From Phoronis australis (lineage: Eukaryota > Animalia > Phoronida): a stretch of 35,522 nt of DNA. Positions 1 through 13,200 of the stretch are shown piece after piece. The DNA lies in NCBI GenBank assembly GCA_002633005.1, contig NMRA01001246.1:1-35522 (forward strand), in the 5' to 3' direction. The notes under the pieces are model-generated. The model was not told where the DNA came from. It did no database searches and was given only the letters and a program-made list of their open reading frames with translations. Position 1 is the first letter of the stretch; the number at the start of each line of letters is the position of its first letter. A program made the position numbers and the translations under genes.

Positions 1-191
1 GAAGTTCGTTCGATAGGACGTTGGATTCGATCAGCACTGTACTATGGCTGGCTTGGAAACGCGACGCAACTACACACACATCTTAAATGACACCTATGAA
101 AACATTAATATGAAAGACGTAAACTTCATATACTTGTTTAAAGTAACCTAATATTATAAAGGTACGCAAACATTAAGCAAAAGGGCGAAGG

Positions 192-378
192 TTAGACTTC
201 AATACCCGCAAAAAAGGCGGAGGCGGACACTGGTCTGCTATTAGATGTCCATGGCTCTGGTCCAACGCTTGAAGACTTGGATTGCGCAGAAGGAGGACGC
301 ACACTGCGATATTTCGAGTAAACTGGATTTTGCTCTTCATGTACGTCCCTGGGGCCGCCGCATGGCGTAACGACTCCT
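192..378 (-). CDS. Exon T: terminal coding exon, cytoplasmic tail
   Basis: Strong acceptor ctctcttttaaatctctttcag|A, phase 2; GVVTPCGGPRDVHEEQNPVYSKYRSVRPPSAQSKSSSVGPEPWTSNSRPVSASAFFAGIEV-stop. Confidence 0.8.
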
Positions 379-1159
379 CTGAAAGAGATTTAAAAGAGAG
401 CAGGAAGTGTAGTGGTCACATTATTGTTTACTCTAAGATGTTCTAAATCGGTTAGTTCCTTCCAAAAAAAAACGTCCACACAATTCTCTTCTAATAAAAA
501 TATTATTGTCGGCTTCTGGTACACGTTGTACAAGATGTATGCGGTCGGCTCAGATGGGGCCACTGCGCTGATCACCAGGAACCATTGTCTTCTAATGCAT
601 GGCTATAAATATGAAAGGCGAGCAGGAACGTCTAATCCTCAGAAAAAGCCATGTTGCTTGTCAAGCTACACGGTGAACGTACATGTAATTAGTGATTTAT
701 TTCACAAACAGCGTGTTGCACACATTGCCACTACAGACGTAGTCATTAACGTTGGATGTGTACAGGGCCTATTATTGTTTGGATATATGTGTGCATTTGT
801 AATTATCCCCTATGTTGTCCCCCTGATTCGTTCGTTGGTCGCGTGTCATTGGCCTTTATATTTTCGTTACCCATGATCTGCGCACTGTGCAGGTGTGTTG
901 GTCGTTAACTGATCTAACCAGGTTTTCGTGATGTAAGTATACGGTTTTAACTTTATTTGGTAATTTTGTATGTGTACAGTATTATATCGTATTGTAGTTT
1001 TTTTCGCGTGCCCCGTAAGTTTGTTTGACGTTGATTCTCTCTTTGGTTTGATCGTTTCCCCTTGACCTTAAATTTGCAGTTCGCATACCTGTTTCATTAA
1101 TTATTTTTGTATCTGAATTGACCGCTGTGCTTTGATATAGTTTTGTTTTTATTACGATC

Positions 1160-1208
<49 letters not shown>

Positions 1209-4200
1209 TACATACATACGTGCATGCATGCATAGAGACAGACAGACAGACAGACAGACATGGATATATACTCTATAGGTTTCCCGTATTCGTTTTGTGT
1301 CGAATGACAAAAAGTCAAATGTCATTGCCAGTTTGACAGTTAAAAAATTCGTGTCATGTGTACACATATGACTGTTCTTGTAATTACTTGCGTTATATTT
1401 ACTTGTGCGGTATTATTGTCAATTTCAGTTGACATTGGGCGCTCATGCCGTTGCTGAAGCCTGGAAGTTTCCGAAGACAGCAATGACGTTATTCATGCGC
1501 CCGCAATCTGCCTGAACACACGTCATATAGCAAGAATTCTGACTCCAATGGAACGTTAATTACCAAGACCCCAAACGACTGAACGCAGAAGGTATACTCC
1601 TTGGCCACAAAGCGGTGTGATTCTCGTCGGGTCTCTATTGAAGTTTTGTGGTTTGGAGCCTTAGGTTAATCTATTCATTGCCACCTAATTTATGCAAGCA
1701 GTTTGAGTCAACTTACCTTGTTTTACCTTTTCCTACGTGACAAACGACAGCGGCGACGACAGCAAGTACCACTACAAGAACGCACGAGCCTGCTATTAGA
1801 CCAACGTATAGCGGGCGCATCTCCGTTCCACTATGACCACCTGATGATCTCTCAGTTGCTTCAGTAGTCGCTGCCACGGTAGTGTCGCTAGTGTGCGAAT
1901 TCTCAGTTGACTTTTCATGATTAAGAACTGTCGTCTCTTCATCAGTGACTGCCGTTGATGTTTTTGTCCCTCCATTCCTAGTAGTCCCTTGTAGGGTTGT
2001 TAACAACGCTTTAGAGTAAACGTTGGTTGTGCTTCCAGTCTCAGTCGTTTCAGTTATTGTCAGCAATGCGGATGTTGTCGTCTCATCTTTTGTGATTTCA
2101 GCGGTGGTTTCAGTGGCGGTGCTAAAGGTTGAGATTGTATCCACATGATCGCGGGTTGTTATGTCTGTACTTTCCACCACTGTATTCGTCTTGGACGTAG
2201 ATTCTGTCGTTTGTACTTGTACGTGTTCACCACTAGTGCTCTCCTGATCTACAGTGGCAGTAGTTATACCTTCATCCACTGTATCCGTTTTGGCTTCAAC
2301 AGTCGTCTCTTTTCCTGTACCTACAGTTGTCGTGACCACTGTTTCAGTGTCTGTGACGTCAAGAGCACCGTGACTGCTTCCCACGGTCGTAAAGTAACTG
2401 ATTGTGGTGTCGCCGTTAGAGGTCCCTATAGCTTCATAAGTTTTGGGTGTTGTCGCCTCTACATGTTCACCGCTACTTGTTTGTACGTTTGTCCCAGTGG
2501 ACGTATCAGTTCCTTTAATGCCAGGAGATGTGGTTTCAACAACAGTTGATGTATCACTTGTACCTATTCCAGTGGTCGTATCAATTCCTCCAACGTCGGG
2601 AGATGTGGTTTCAACAACAGTGGGTGTATCACTTGTACCTGTTCCATTGGTAGTATCAACTCCTCCAATGCCAGGAGATGTGGTTTCAACAACAGTAGAT
2701 GTATCACTTGTACCTGTTCCAGTGGTAGTATCAACTCCTTCAATTCCGCGAGATGTGGTTTCAACAACAGTAGATGTATCACTTGTACCTGTTCCAGTGG
2801 TAGTATCAACTCCTTCAATGCCACCCTCCGAAGTGAGAATTGTTGTGACAAAGGTTTGCTGGTTTCCAACTTCTTGGCTGGTTGTCTGGACAGAAGTTTT
2901 CGTAGTAACGGCACACCCAGAAGCTAAAAAAACGAAATCGGGATGATACTGAAGTTGCGGAAGACAATAATTTTAATTTTACAAATTGTCGCGGAGAATT
3001 AGTCTAAACTCAACTACTTTCATGAATTGACTTCCTGGCAGGTTGTGGGCTGTTGTCGTACATCTTACCGTTTGTAAAGTTGATAAATGTACGTCATGAA
3101 ATAAAGATCGTGTGACAAGTATTGCGGACAATGTAGTCTGCATCTTTTTCACTCTAGTCATGTGGTGTCATCATTAAATCAAGTCGATCACTTCATAAAG
3201 ATCAGTGCAATGACGGAAGATTTAAGGTTAGAAGGAATGAAAAAAATGCTTTAAATTCCTAAATACGACTGAAAACCTGTTAAAGGCTATTTACGTTATG
3301 AACACTGAGAGGGTTCAATATTTCCAGATGGATAATTGAGTCTGTTTATATCGAGAAAAGTGGCAAACAGTATATGAATAGAAATTGTGGTCAGTTCCAG
3401 TGTGTGGGAATATTTCACCTAGTAGAAATCAGAAACTGTCATTCAGTACTCAACTTTTTAAAACAACGTTAAGAGTCGCAGTGTTAAAATTCAAGCTCAC
3501 CTAGTACATCTCGTGTCCAGTTCTGGCCATGTGCTTGGGAGGAGCATATCTCGCAGCTATTCGAGGGATTTCGGGAGCCGTTCTTGAAGCACTGCCCATC
3601 AATCAAACAGAAGGAGTTCTGCAACGTCGAGTCGTAAAGTCAAAAACAAATTTGATTCCTGTGAGTTTTTGAACTGCTGCAGTTTGTTACAATTTGTCTT
3701 CATTTGGAAGCTTTAAAATGTATTTTAAGCCTGGAAACGTTTCCTCTGAGGTGCTTATTTTTGCTAGCTACGCGAGACCTTCATTACGCGTCCTAGGCTG
3801 CGAGACAAAAACATGAAATAATATGAAACTACATGTTGTAGTGGTCTTATTGCTTGTTCCAGTATTTCAATATCAGAGTGTCTTGAAATACAAGGTGCTT
3901 AGATTGGATATGTTTCTTGTTTTTTTCAATATGTTTTGACTTTTTAAGCTAGTAAAGTGACGTGATGTTGTGATCAAAAGAAACGAAGATTCAAAAGCCC
4001 TAAATGTGATTGGTAGAGCCCGACTGACGAAATAGACGACGTTCCACGTCTACATTGTGCCATTTCGATATAGATTAAGTTATAAAACTCATGAACACAA
4101 GAATTTATTTCAAATAAAAGATTATTTAATTTTTTGAAATCTCGAATTTTTCGCGTTTTTAAATGTTGTCGTTCTATGTCGAATCCAAATGCTTCGTTTC

Positions 4201-7200
4201 AAGTGACTGTAGATAAAACAGTGGACGGTGGTGTACGTGTATACTTACGTATTTGTTTGTCCAGCTCGTCGAATTTTGGAAAGAACATATTTCGCAGACA
4301 TTGGAAGGATTCGTCTGACCTCCGGCGTAGCAGGATCCTCCAATCAAACAAGATTGCTCCTGATAAAATGAAAAAGTGTGTGTGCATCGTAAAAGTTTCT
4401 CGTCTATTGCATGCAATGAAATTTGTAAGGGTAATCCACATCGCTGGATGTTATAAGGTAATTTTGGATGAAAATGTCTTGTCACTACAGGTTGTATGCC
4501 TAGGTTTTGAATGGATTAAGCTTATGGAGACTTCGTGAAGGATACTTAGGGTCCACGGTGCCACCACAGTATATCCATATGTATATGAGTATTGACATTT
4601 ATACATTTACAATAAAGTTCTACGTCACGATACGATTTTAGTTGGCAGGTGTCGGTTGAACTATTGCACAGGTTAATAAATATTGTTGTGTCAGAGGCGC
4701 GTTGTAACGGCTCGGTGTATATAGTAGCTATCTAAAAACATGCAACTATCTTTATCAGCTACATTGTCAACGATAAAAGTCGTATCGTGTACACAGGAGA
4801 TTTGAGGCCACGACGCATGAATATTAAATAAAAGTGCATGGACGAAATTCTCACGCACATGTTTCTTTGTCCATTCCACTGTACTGTTTCTCGTAGAACA
4901 TAACTCGCAGTCATTGGCCGGATTCACATCCTGGTCCTGGTAACACTGACCTTGAATTAGGCACGACTGGTTCTGCAATTGAATTGCAGCATGTTTTCTT
5001 AGCAATGGTATATCTAAATATGTAGTGGCACGTTGCAAAATTAAAGTGTACCAGCGTTTGGCGTTGAAACCACAGCTGATCACTCGCTAGTAAATTACAT
5101 GCAATTGCCTAATAACAATTTTTTTCGTATTTTTTAATGTCGTCGGAAAATAAGCGATGTTGTCAGTATAGCAATATACCAACATTAATCTGCCTGTCAA
5201 GGGCATCCACCTGAACATCTACAATCTTAGAACCAATGAAATGCTTCAAAAAAGCAATATCCGGTAGAGGTATGGAACATGTAAAGAGAAATGTCGATTT
5301 TCATTTTAAGGACATAGATTCCGATTGTCATTTCAAACGTGAATTAAAACTCTTACGTATTTTGGAGTCCACTCGTATTCGGTTGTTGCAACCGAACAGA
5401 ACTCGCAGGCATTTGACGGATTTACGTCTCCTGGCCCATAACAAAATCCTCCAATCAAGCACGAGTTATTCTGAAAACAGAAGTTGAGGCACTGAAATAC
5501 ACATAAATGGATTGGACGCCTCCCAAAATGAACCTCACATTAACACAATCATGCAGGTTAACCGACGATCTTTGATTCAAAATTGGCCATGTATACGATA
5601 GGATTTAATAAGTGAGCCTTCGTTTAAAGACCCGACCAAAATAGAAAATGAAAGAGGTGCACACAAAGACAACCATCATTTTTTCTTTTCAACATAAGGA
5701 TTGCACACTATACCGAAGTTTAAAATTAAGAATCGTCACGGGGTACGCGTTCAGTAAACACTGTCTTGCAAATAGACGAGATCTCAGAATATCGCAATGC
5801 ATTACAATCGACGCCACTATTGGTTTCCCGTTTATTATTTTACGCGAGTTATTCGTTTGACTATTTTTGTTAGTCTTTCCGGTTTCGCCATTTGCGATAA
5901 ATAAACACAAGTATTTTGAGTTCACACATTTACTCTCATTTTACTGGCGCGAAGCGTTTGTCTTCTTTGTCTCCAATGTAGAATAGCTTGAACAGCTGTA
6001 ATTGCCCCCATCGGCTTTGTAGATTTTGCACAGTCATGAATGACTGTGAAGTATTGATTTAGTCCACGGAGTAGTTATTTTGGGGCCCTACGCACCGAAA
6101 AGTTCGTAGCATATCAAAAGCTGTTATGTAGTCAGGGTGTCGCAGCAACTTGTGGTATTTCTTCAGTGCGCAAGGACTTATTTGAGTACAAGTGTCAAAA
6201 GCTATTCAGTTTTTGTAGGTGCTGAAGCTAACGGAGTTATCAGGTTAATATGCAAAATATGACATGCATATCATTTAGTCCTACGTTCTAATCGGTAGAC
6301 CACCACACCGGTCAAGATGGTGTTTTCCTTTCTCCATTTTGCTATAGTTGTTAACACGGTTCACTCTACGAAATGTGCACAGATAACGAGATCTTACCTT
6401 CTTGACACAGTACGCAGAAGCATTGCAAGAGATGCAAAGAGAATCATAAGAGATGAAAGTGACTTTTTCACTGACGTTGACGCCGTCATTACTGACTCCG
6501 ATTTGGTAACCAGAGACGGGAATTCCCGTTGTGGTGTTTTCCTCAACACTTCGTCGAGCTCGTGGCTTTGGAAGGGGGCAAAACACTTCGTTGAATGTCT
6601 CCAATTCAGCTTTGGTCTTAACCTTTTCACCAGTCAACTTCATAGAGCCATACAGACCAAACTACACGTGGAAATAAAAGATCGAGTTTAAAAATGTACC
6701 ACGTGGTATGCCACTGAAAAGGAACTTGTACGTTTCCATATTTAAATGAACAAGTTGATAATTTGACATCCAAATTTAAATTCCAAAAGATGCAGCGAGG
6801 GGATGGATGATAAATCCTAAATAAGAGTAAGTTTCCCAACGTCAAAGCACAATATGGCTGACACGTCGCGTTCTATAGGCCTAGTGCAAGTACGCACAAG
6901 CAGTGGTTTAAAGAACATTAAACTAAAGGTGGACCCCGTTATTTATGTAGTTGAATTAAGGGCCAATAACGCCTTTTAAGGTTATTGTTAGGTGGGATGC
7001 ATAGGCACCCCCCCCCCCCTTGGCTGCCGCAAGCAAAATGAAACAGCAACAGCAGAAGCAACAGCAAGAAGCGTGAGGAAAAATAACTAGGACCGGTACT
7101 GGAGAAGGGTGGGCTCGCAGGCAGGTGGCGGCATGGTCGCGTTTTTTGTTTTTTTTTGTAGTCCACAGACTTTCCGAACAGAAGGTACGTACTCCGGGCC

Positions 7201-10200
7201 ATTGCAACCTTTAGGAGCGCCAATACACAAATAACCGTGCTTTGCCCAGTTCCCCGAGGCAGCGTGTTGAGCCCCCCCCTCCCCTTACGGTATCCTAGAT
7301 CCGCTACTGGGATGGACATAGTTAGCAGCCTTTACCGTTGAGGTTTTATGATTTTATTAGAAAGCAGTGATTCCCGATCGGTCACTTTAAACAATGAATG
7401 ACTTCCTTAAGAAATACAGGATCATTCATCCAGGTCCACATGTCACAAAACGGACAATTTTGAAAGCAAACAGTCTTTCCTTGCAACCCGGGCTGCTCCT
7501 GATAAAGCGTTACTAGCGCTCATCGATTTGAGGAAAATCTACTGAGTTATTTTGTCTTCTCCAAACTTAGAAAGTTGACAACGGTTCTTGAAAGAGAATT
7601 TATGTTTCAAGTAAAAAATTATACAGATTGTTCGGCTAACCTACTAAGTATCCTATTGAAATGCATGTGACACTTCATATTAATGACTATAATGAAGTGG
7701 GATATCTGTAAATTCATTGGGTTTACTTCGTACAAGAAGAAAAGCCTGTTAGGCTTACGGCGCGCCTATTGAGTTCAACCTAATGAGTGATAATAGTGAA
7801 TCAGAAAGAGTCAAAAACAAAAATTGATAAAGACCAACCACTTACGAGCGTGGGGCGGTAAAGGGCCCAGCCACAACTCAATGGCACGGTAGTCAAACCT
7901 ACCTCTAACGAATCTAAATGACACGTCAATTTTTCAGAATCCACGAAATTGTCGCCATAAATCGGACTTCCTTCACAAGGGCGAACCTTTACATCACATA
8001 AGCCTTTGTTAGGAATGGCGTACACTGGCGGCGGTTTGTCTTTCTCGATTGTACAGTCGCTCCCAATAAACCCTTCATCACAGGAACATTCCCCTGGAAA
8101 TACCGTTCAAATGTTCTCGACCAATTAAAACAAAACTGCGTGTCTGAAAGACATGAAAACGGGAAGAAGTGAATTTGATCAACGATGAAGAGTTTTTGCG
8201 CAAACAAGTCAGGCCAAAGAACCCTAGAAAAATGTCAGAGCTAACTTCGGAATATCGTATCTCAGAAATTACTGATTGGAATAATACGACATCTCCAGAC
8301 ACCATCCGTTATATACTGTTCTCCATTTTCACATGAGCGGCTATAAAATCAAAGCTGCATCAACGGAAAACAAAGCGATATTAAAATAATATAACAATCT
8401 CTTGATCATTATAATTGACTTACTGTTAACAGTATTCAAGTATTGAACAGAATCGAGGACAATTGCGTTTTACAGTGCCAGTATTCGTGCATATATTGTC
8501 ACTTCACGGTTGACTAGTGATTAGGAATTGAGTAGCCAACGACATTCGTCGGTATAATTACCAGATGCATGAATTCAGTACGTGTAGTAATTCACTGAGC
8601 ATAAAATTGCCTTTTTGTATGCAAGATCCATCCGACTTTGGAAAGAAATGAGTGTGAACCTAGTTTCATAACCGTAACAACTTGACTTGATTCATCTGAA
8701 TGTACTAGAATGTTCCACCGACCTTCTTTGCACACGCCGTGTCCGCTGCAGTTCCCAGGGCACAAGGTGTCCGTTATAAATGACGGCAATTTCAGGGTTT
8801 GCCGACCAGTAGCATTTCCAGACGTCCCATTTACAGTAGAGTTGTCGACCACCCATAGAGCAGGTCTCTTCTGTAGCACACTATTACATTTCATCTGAAT
8901 TATCTCTATGTTTGTGTCTGCCCAGTCATAACTGTCCGATAACTGCAAAACGCAACATCTTATGTTTTACTTTTGTCTACTGCACGTGTACACGTAGCAT
9001 GAGTTTGAATATTTTATGCCTTTACGGTTACTTACGCCATTTTATGCATCTAGCTTTTAATAGCAATACTTAAGGATGCAAGAGGTAGGTTTCACCATGA
9101 ATCAAGTCGATTCGTGTAAGGTAATCCCTATATTTCATCGAATGTTCACATTTGACGAAATCTAGACCTTTCATGAAACATTTGTAACAGGCGTTGTCTT
9201 TGTCATTTTTTTTGGAGTAGAGTTGAGTATCCATTTTGAACAGAATCTTCCGATTCCGGAATGCGGTTTAGAAAAATCTGTTTCAAAGTTATACTGTATT
9301 AGGAATGCGCTTTACTGCAAATATTATGTATTGTGGGAGACATACATTCAGATGTCATCAAAAATACTCGTATAGCATCTGCAGACATGGTATGAAAATG
9401 AGTTTGAGAGCCTGACGAGTGAGTGAGGCAGCCGGTGAAAAACGTGAACGGGGAAAGTTTAGGAAGTGGCCGAACGTATTATCTAAGCGTATCCAGCGTA
9501 GGACGAGCGTGATGAGCTGGGCTGCAGAAATTTTAGTTAAACTAAAAGGACTGAGTGGCCTAGCTACGAGGAGCGTACGAACAGCATTGCAAAGCAGAGA
9601 AAAGTGTACCCTATTCCACACACTCTTAAATCCGGGCTGCTCCGCTCAAATGTGGAGCAGGGCCTTTTATAGCGTAACGGCTGACGGAGGGTCGTCACAT
9701 TCCCAGAATCAGAGCCAGTGTTACATGTTACTCATCTGGAGTACCATATATGCAATCCCAGCAAGACAATGACTCCGGAACCATCTAGCAACATTATGTC
9801 ATATTTTTCAAAGTACTTTAAACCGGTAGAGATCGCTGCAGATAGTTAATGTGGTGTTCAGAAGATGGCGGTGCGTGCACCCATGATACGCATTTCAGCC
9901 TGAAACCTCACCACGTCAGGACAGGGGATCGACCACCAGTGTGTCATTGACCTAAACATTAAGTGAAATTTAAAGCGAACATTTTTGGTGAATTTCTTAA
10001 ATTTGTGTGGGAAACACAGTTGGATGTTTCGTATTTATACCAAACCACAAATTTGTCAGTGTAAGGCGAAAATATAACCTTAAAGAAATCATGATGAAAA
10101 AGGGCGTTGGTTTTAGGAGTACGTAGTTGTAGTAGTAACTGTCTAGATATTGCCTGTATTTCTGCCAAATATCACCACTCCTTACTTTGATATCTTGAAT

Positions 10201-13200
10201 GCAACTTTCCACCAAGCCTGGGAGGTCGAGTGTCGCTATACCCTGACACACCTTCGTTAGCGGAGCATTATAAATGTAGCTTTCACAAAAACTTTTTGCC
10301 TTTTCATGTGTTATCCCGCTGGGAGTAGGGAAGGACTTCACCTGAAATAAGTGAATACTGCCAGGAAAATGCTTCAAAACGTTTGACAAGGTTCTGTTTG
10401 ACTACTGTTAAGTTGACATACATGCAATATTTTAACCTTTAATTCTGTCATCACCAAAGGCATTTGTATGTGATAATAAACAAATAAGCAATTTCCCTGT
10501 GTGCATTATTAAGCAAGATCCCAGTGTTCTCCTAGGAGTCGATTCTCAAAGGCTTAATTCAAATTTCACGTTGATCTGTCTGATGACATCACAAACGTCA
10601 CACTTACAGGAGGATCAAATGTTAGGTTAAAGACAATCGGAAGATTTTCATCATCATCAATGTGATCGGTGTATGTCGCCGATCTCCGTCGCCGGCGACA
10701 TCGATCAAGGTGCCTGTCGGTTATGTCTTTTTCTTGTTCTACACCTGGGCAGAGCTTAACGAACTCAGTTCCACCGCATACTATGTGTTTGTTGTCACAT
10801 TCGCAGTACTGGTGGTTTTCATATGTTGAGAAGTCCGGCTCTGGTGCATCGTTTGATAACAGGCTTTGCCCAGCTGGTATCCTGCAAATTAAGGTTGCAT
10901 TTGGTGAACAAGCCAAGTACAAAAACAACAAGAACAACAACAACAACAAAACGTTTATTTCAAAACTCATAGGGCTATCGGCCCACAGTTCAACATATTA
11001 ATATACAAACAATCGAATCGTGCCAGTTCATCGAATACTCATGATTTCGCTCCTAATTGCCATTGCTTGTTGAATGAAGGGTGCTGTATTTCTTAAAACA
11101 TCCATAGAATCTGAACCTAAGAATGTCATAAAGTTTCTATTTTCAACGATACATGTGGTAATAGATACTGTCGTAGGTCTGCAAGGACAGGACAATCAAA
11201 CAAAAAGTGCATCTCTGTTTCAATTTCATCGGTGCTACAAACTATGCAAATTATTTCTTTCTTCTGCCCAACTCAGTCATGTGAAATTTAGATACTACGC
11301 TTTGTACACTTCTCTTCAACGTTATTAATTTTTTGCATGGGAGTAGGAGACGATAGGCAAAGCAAGTGCGTGGTTAATATCACATATAATTATTAATATT
11401 CGTCTGCTGAGCTCCAATCATTGTTATGAACAATGCTCTTTCAATGATTTTGCTACAATAGACCAGGCAGAAACAACCAAGGACCTTAAAATTCGTGAGG
11501 CTCTACACATTAATGGGGCTATTCGGAAAATTTACAATACCTAGAGGGCTCACGTGTACTAGTGGTGATAGATTAAGCAGCCTCGATTTCGCAAGTCCTA
11601 TAAATACATGGTGAAATGGCTTGAAGCCGTGCCAACTGAATCTGAGATTGCGTGAAAGGGTGCTTCTATGAGAGAAAGTAAGCACGACCTTATACAAAGA
11701 TAAGGTGTGTGATTAACGATTATTCCATGCTTATTCTACTGATGCCTGTTAACGAAGGTACTCGCCGATGTCGACTTCGCGGCAGTCGCCAGTCGGGTTA
11801 ATTTTTGTTTGTTGTGATGTGTGATACGATACTTGACGTAGCAATCGGGATCTTTTCGTACATCAAAGCAGTATTATTGTTTGGAAGGATTTCTAACAGG
11901 TTTGTCAGTGACAGTTACATCAATCAATGCTGAATGTTTATGCTGTCAACTCGATATCGGTTAATAAGTTAATATTATAATCCAACCCAATGGCAAAGGG
12001 TACGTGACAAATTTCCATTGCATTAGACTATTTGTTGGCTCCCTATCATATGTCTTCCGGAAATCTATTACAAGTTGAAATAGAAATCTATCATGTCTGT
12101 TTTCACGTGAGCTTTGGTTTTTAGGTTTGAGGGCTTGTACCGTGCAGTGGTGATATTCATCGCTTCTGCGCCGTATCTGATGGACAAAAAATGGTTTTAA
12201 GGATTTGTTTGCAATTAACCAGCAAGATCTTCCCATCCAGATCTGTTGTCAAAGTCTACTTTCTATATCGGAGACAACGAACAAAGCCTTTGAAAAGGAA
12301 CGGCTATTTTTAAAGAAAGGTATGTAAGTCATTTTGTTAAATTTACTTAATCAGGTCCTTAACGAGGGGTTGGCATAAGGGGTTGGGTAAAATTTGGTGA
12401 AACTGAATGTGTGGAAGTAGCAAGTAATACATGTCTGGGGGAAAGAGCATGGTGAGGTAATTCTAAACCGTCTTGAAGTCAGTTTCCCTGGAGAAATGTG
12501 AATCGCAATACTAAGTTATCATAAGAAAATATGCCAGTGGATTGTAGGTGTATTCAGAGGAACTATATCTGACTGCTACACAAGTGAGCCTTCTTGGTGA
12601 GGATGACGTTTCATAGACAATGAGTCATGTGTGGACAATAGCTTATTTCCTTTCCTGGAAGAAACATGTGGGACTGAAGCTAAAAAAGACCTAGTGACAC
12701 TCTGGTCTAGTTCAGGGTCCTATTTTGGACACAAAACGATTCAAGTGATATGCTGTTGTGTTTACCTTCAAGGGTCTAATTGTGGATGTTATTGAGGCTG
12801 AATGAGGTTACATGAAAGAAAGCCATATGCCGAAACTGGACCTTTTTTACAACGCTTCTATAGGCCATTGAAACTAGATCCCAGTGAAATTGTAACAAAA
12901 AGCATCTGGTATAAATACCTGTCCTTTCTCACTGAGTGACGTTAATATTCCTTTCAGAAGAAAAGCTTTATATTAATGGTGAATACTTTTCAATTTGGTA
13001 CACATTATGGGGAAATGACATCCTGTGACTGCATCGATTTTCTTATTGTCAGTAGAAAGCCCGTTAATGTTACACTTTGATGATCCAATAAATTTTGATC
13101 AACAGGCAAGTTTGTCACTAATTACTGAAACCACAATTTTTCTTCAGTTGTAAAGCCCCATACAGTGCAGTTGTGCTTATTCTTGATAAAGCTGAAGTGA

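Noticed and set aside
412-876. 154-aa plus-strand ORF
   Set aside because: It has no recognisable motif or ATG start and lies antisense within the last intron.
1097-1367. ORFs with YIYIYI and CLSV runs
   Set aside because: They are translations of the microsatellite.
1423-1684. Alternative terminal exons at acceptors near 1685 and 1512
   Set aside because: The first needs an intron of about 32 nt and the second gives only RQIAGA-stop; the exon at 192-378 has a stronger acceptor and a motif-bearing tail.
2145-2946. Plus-strand Val/Pro-rich ORFs and the alternative-frame minus ORF 2564-2914
   Set aside because: These are antisense or off-frame shadows of the mucin repeat exon.
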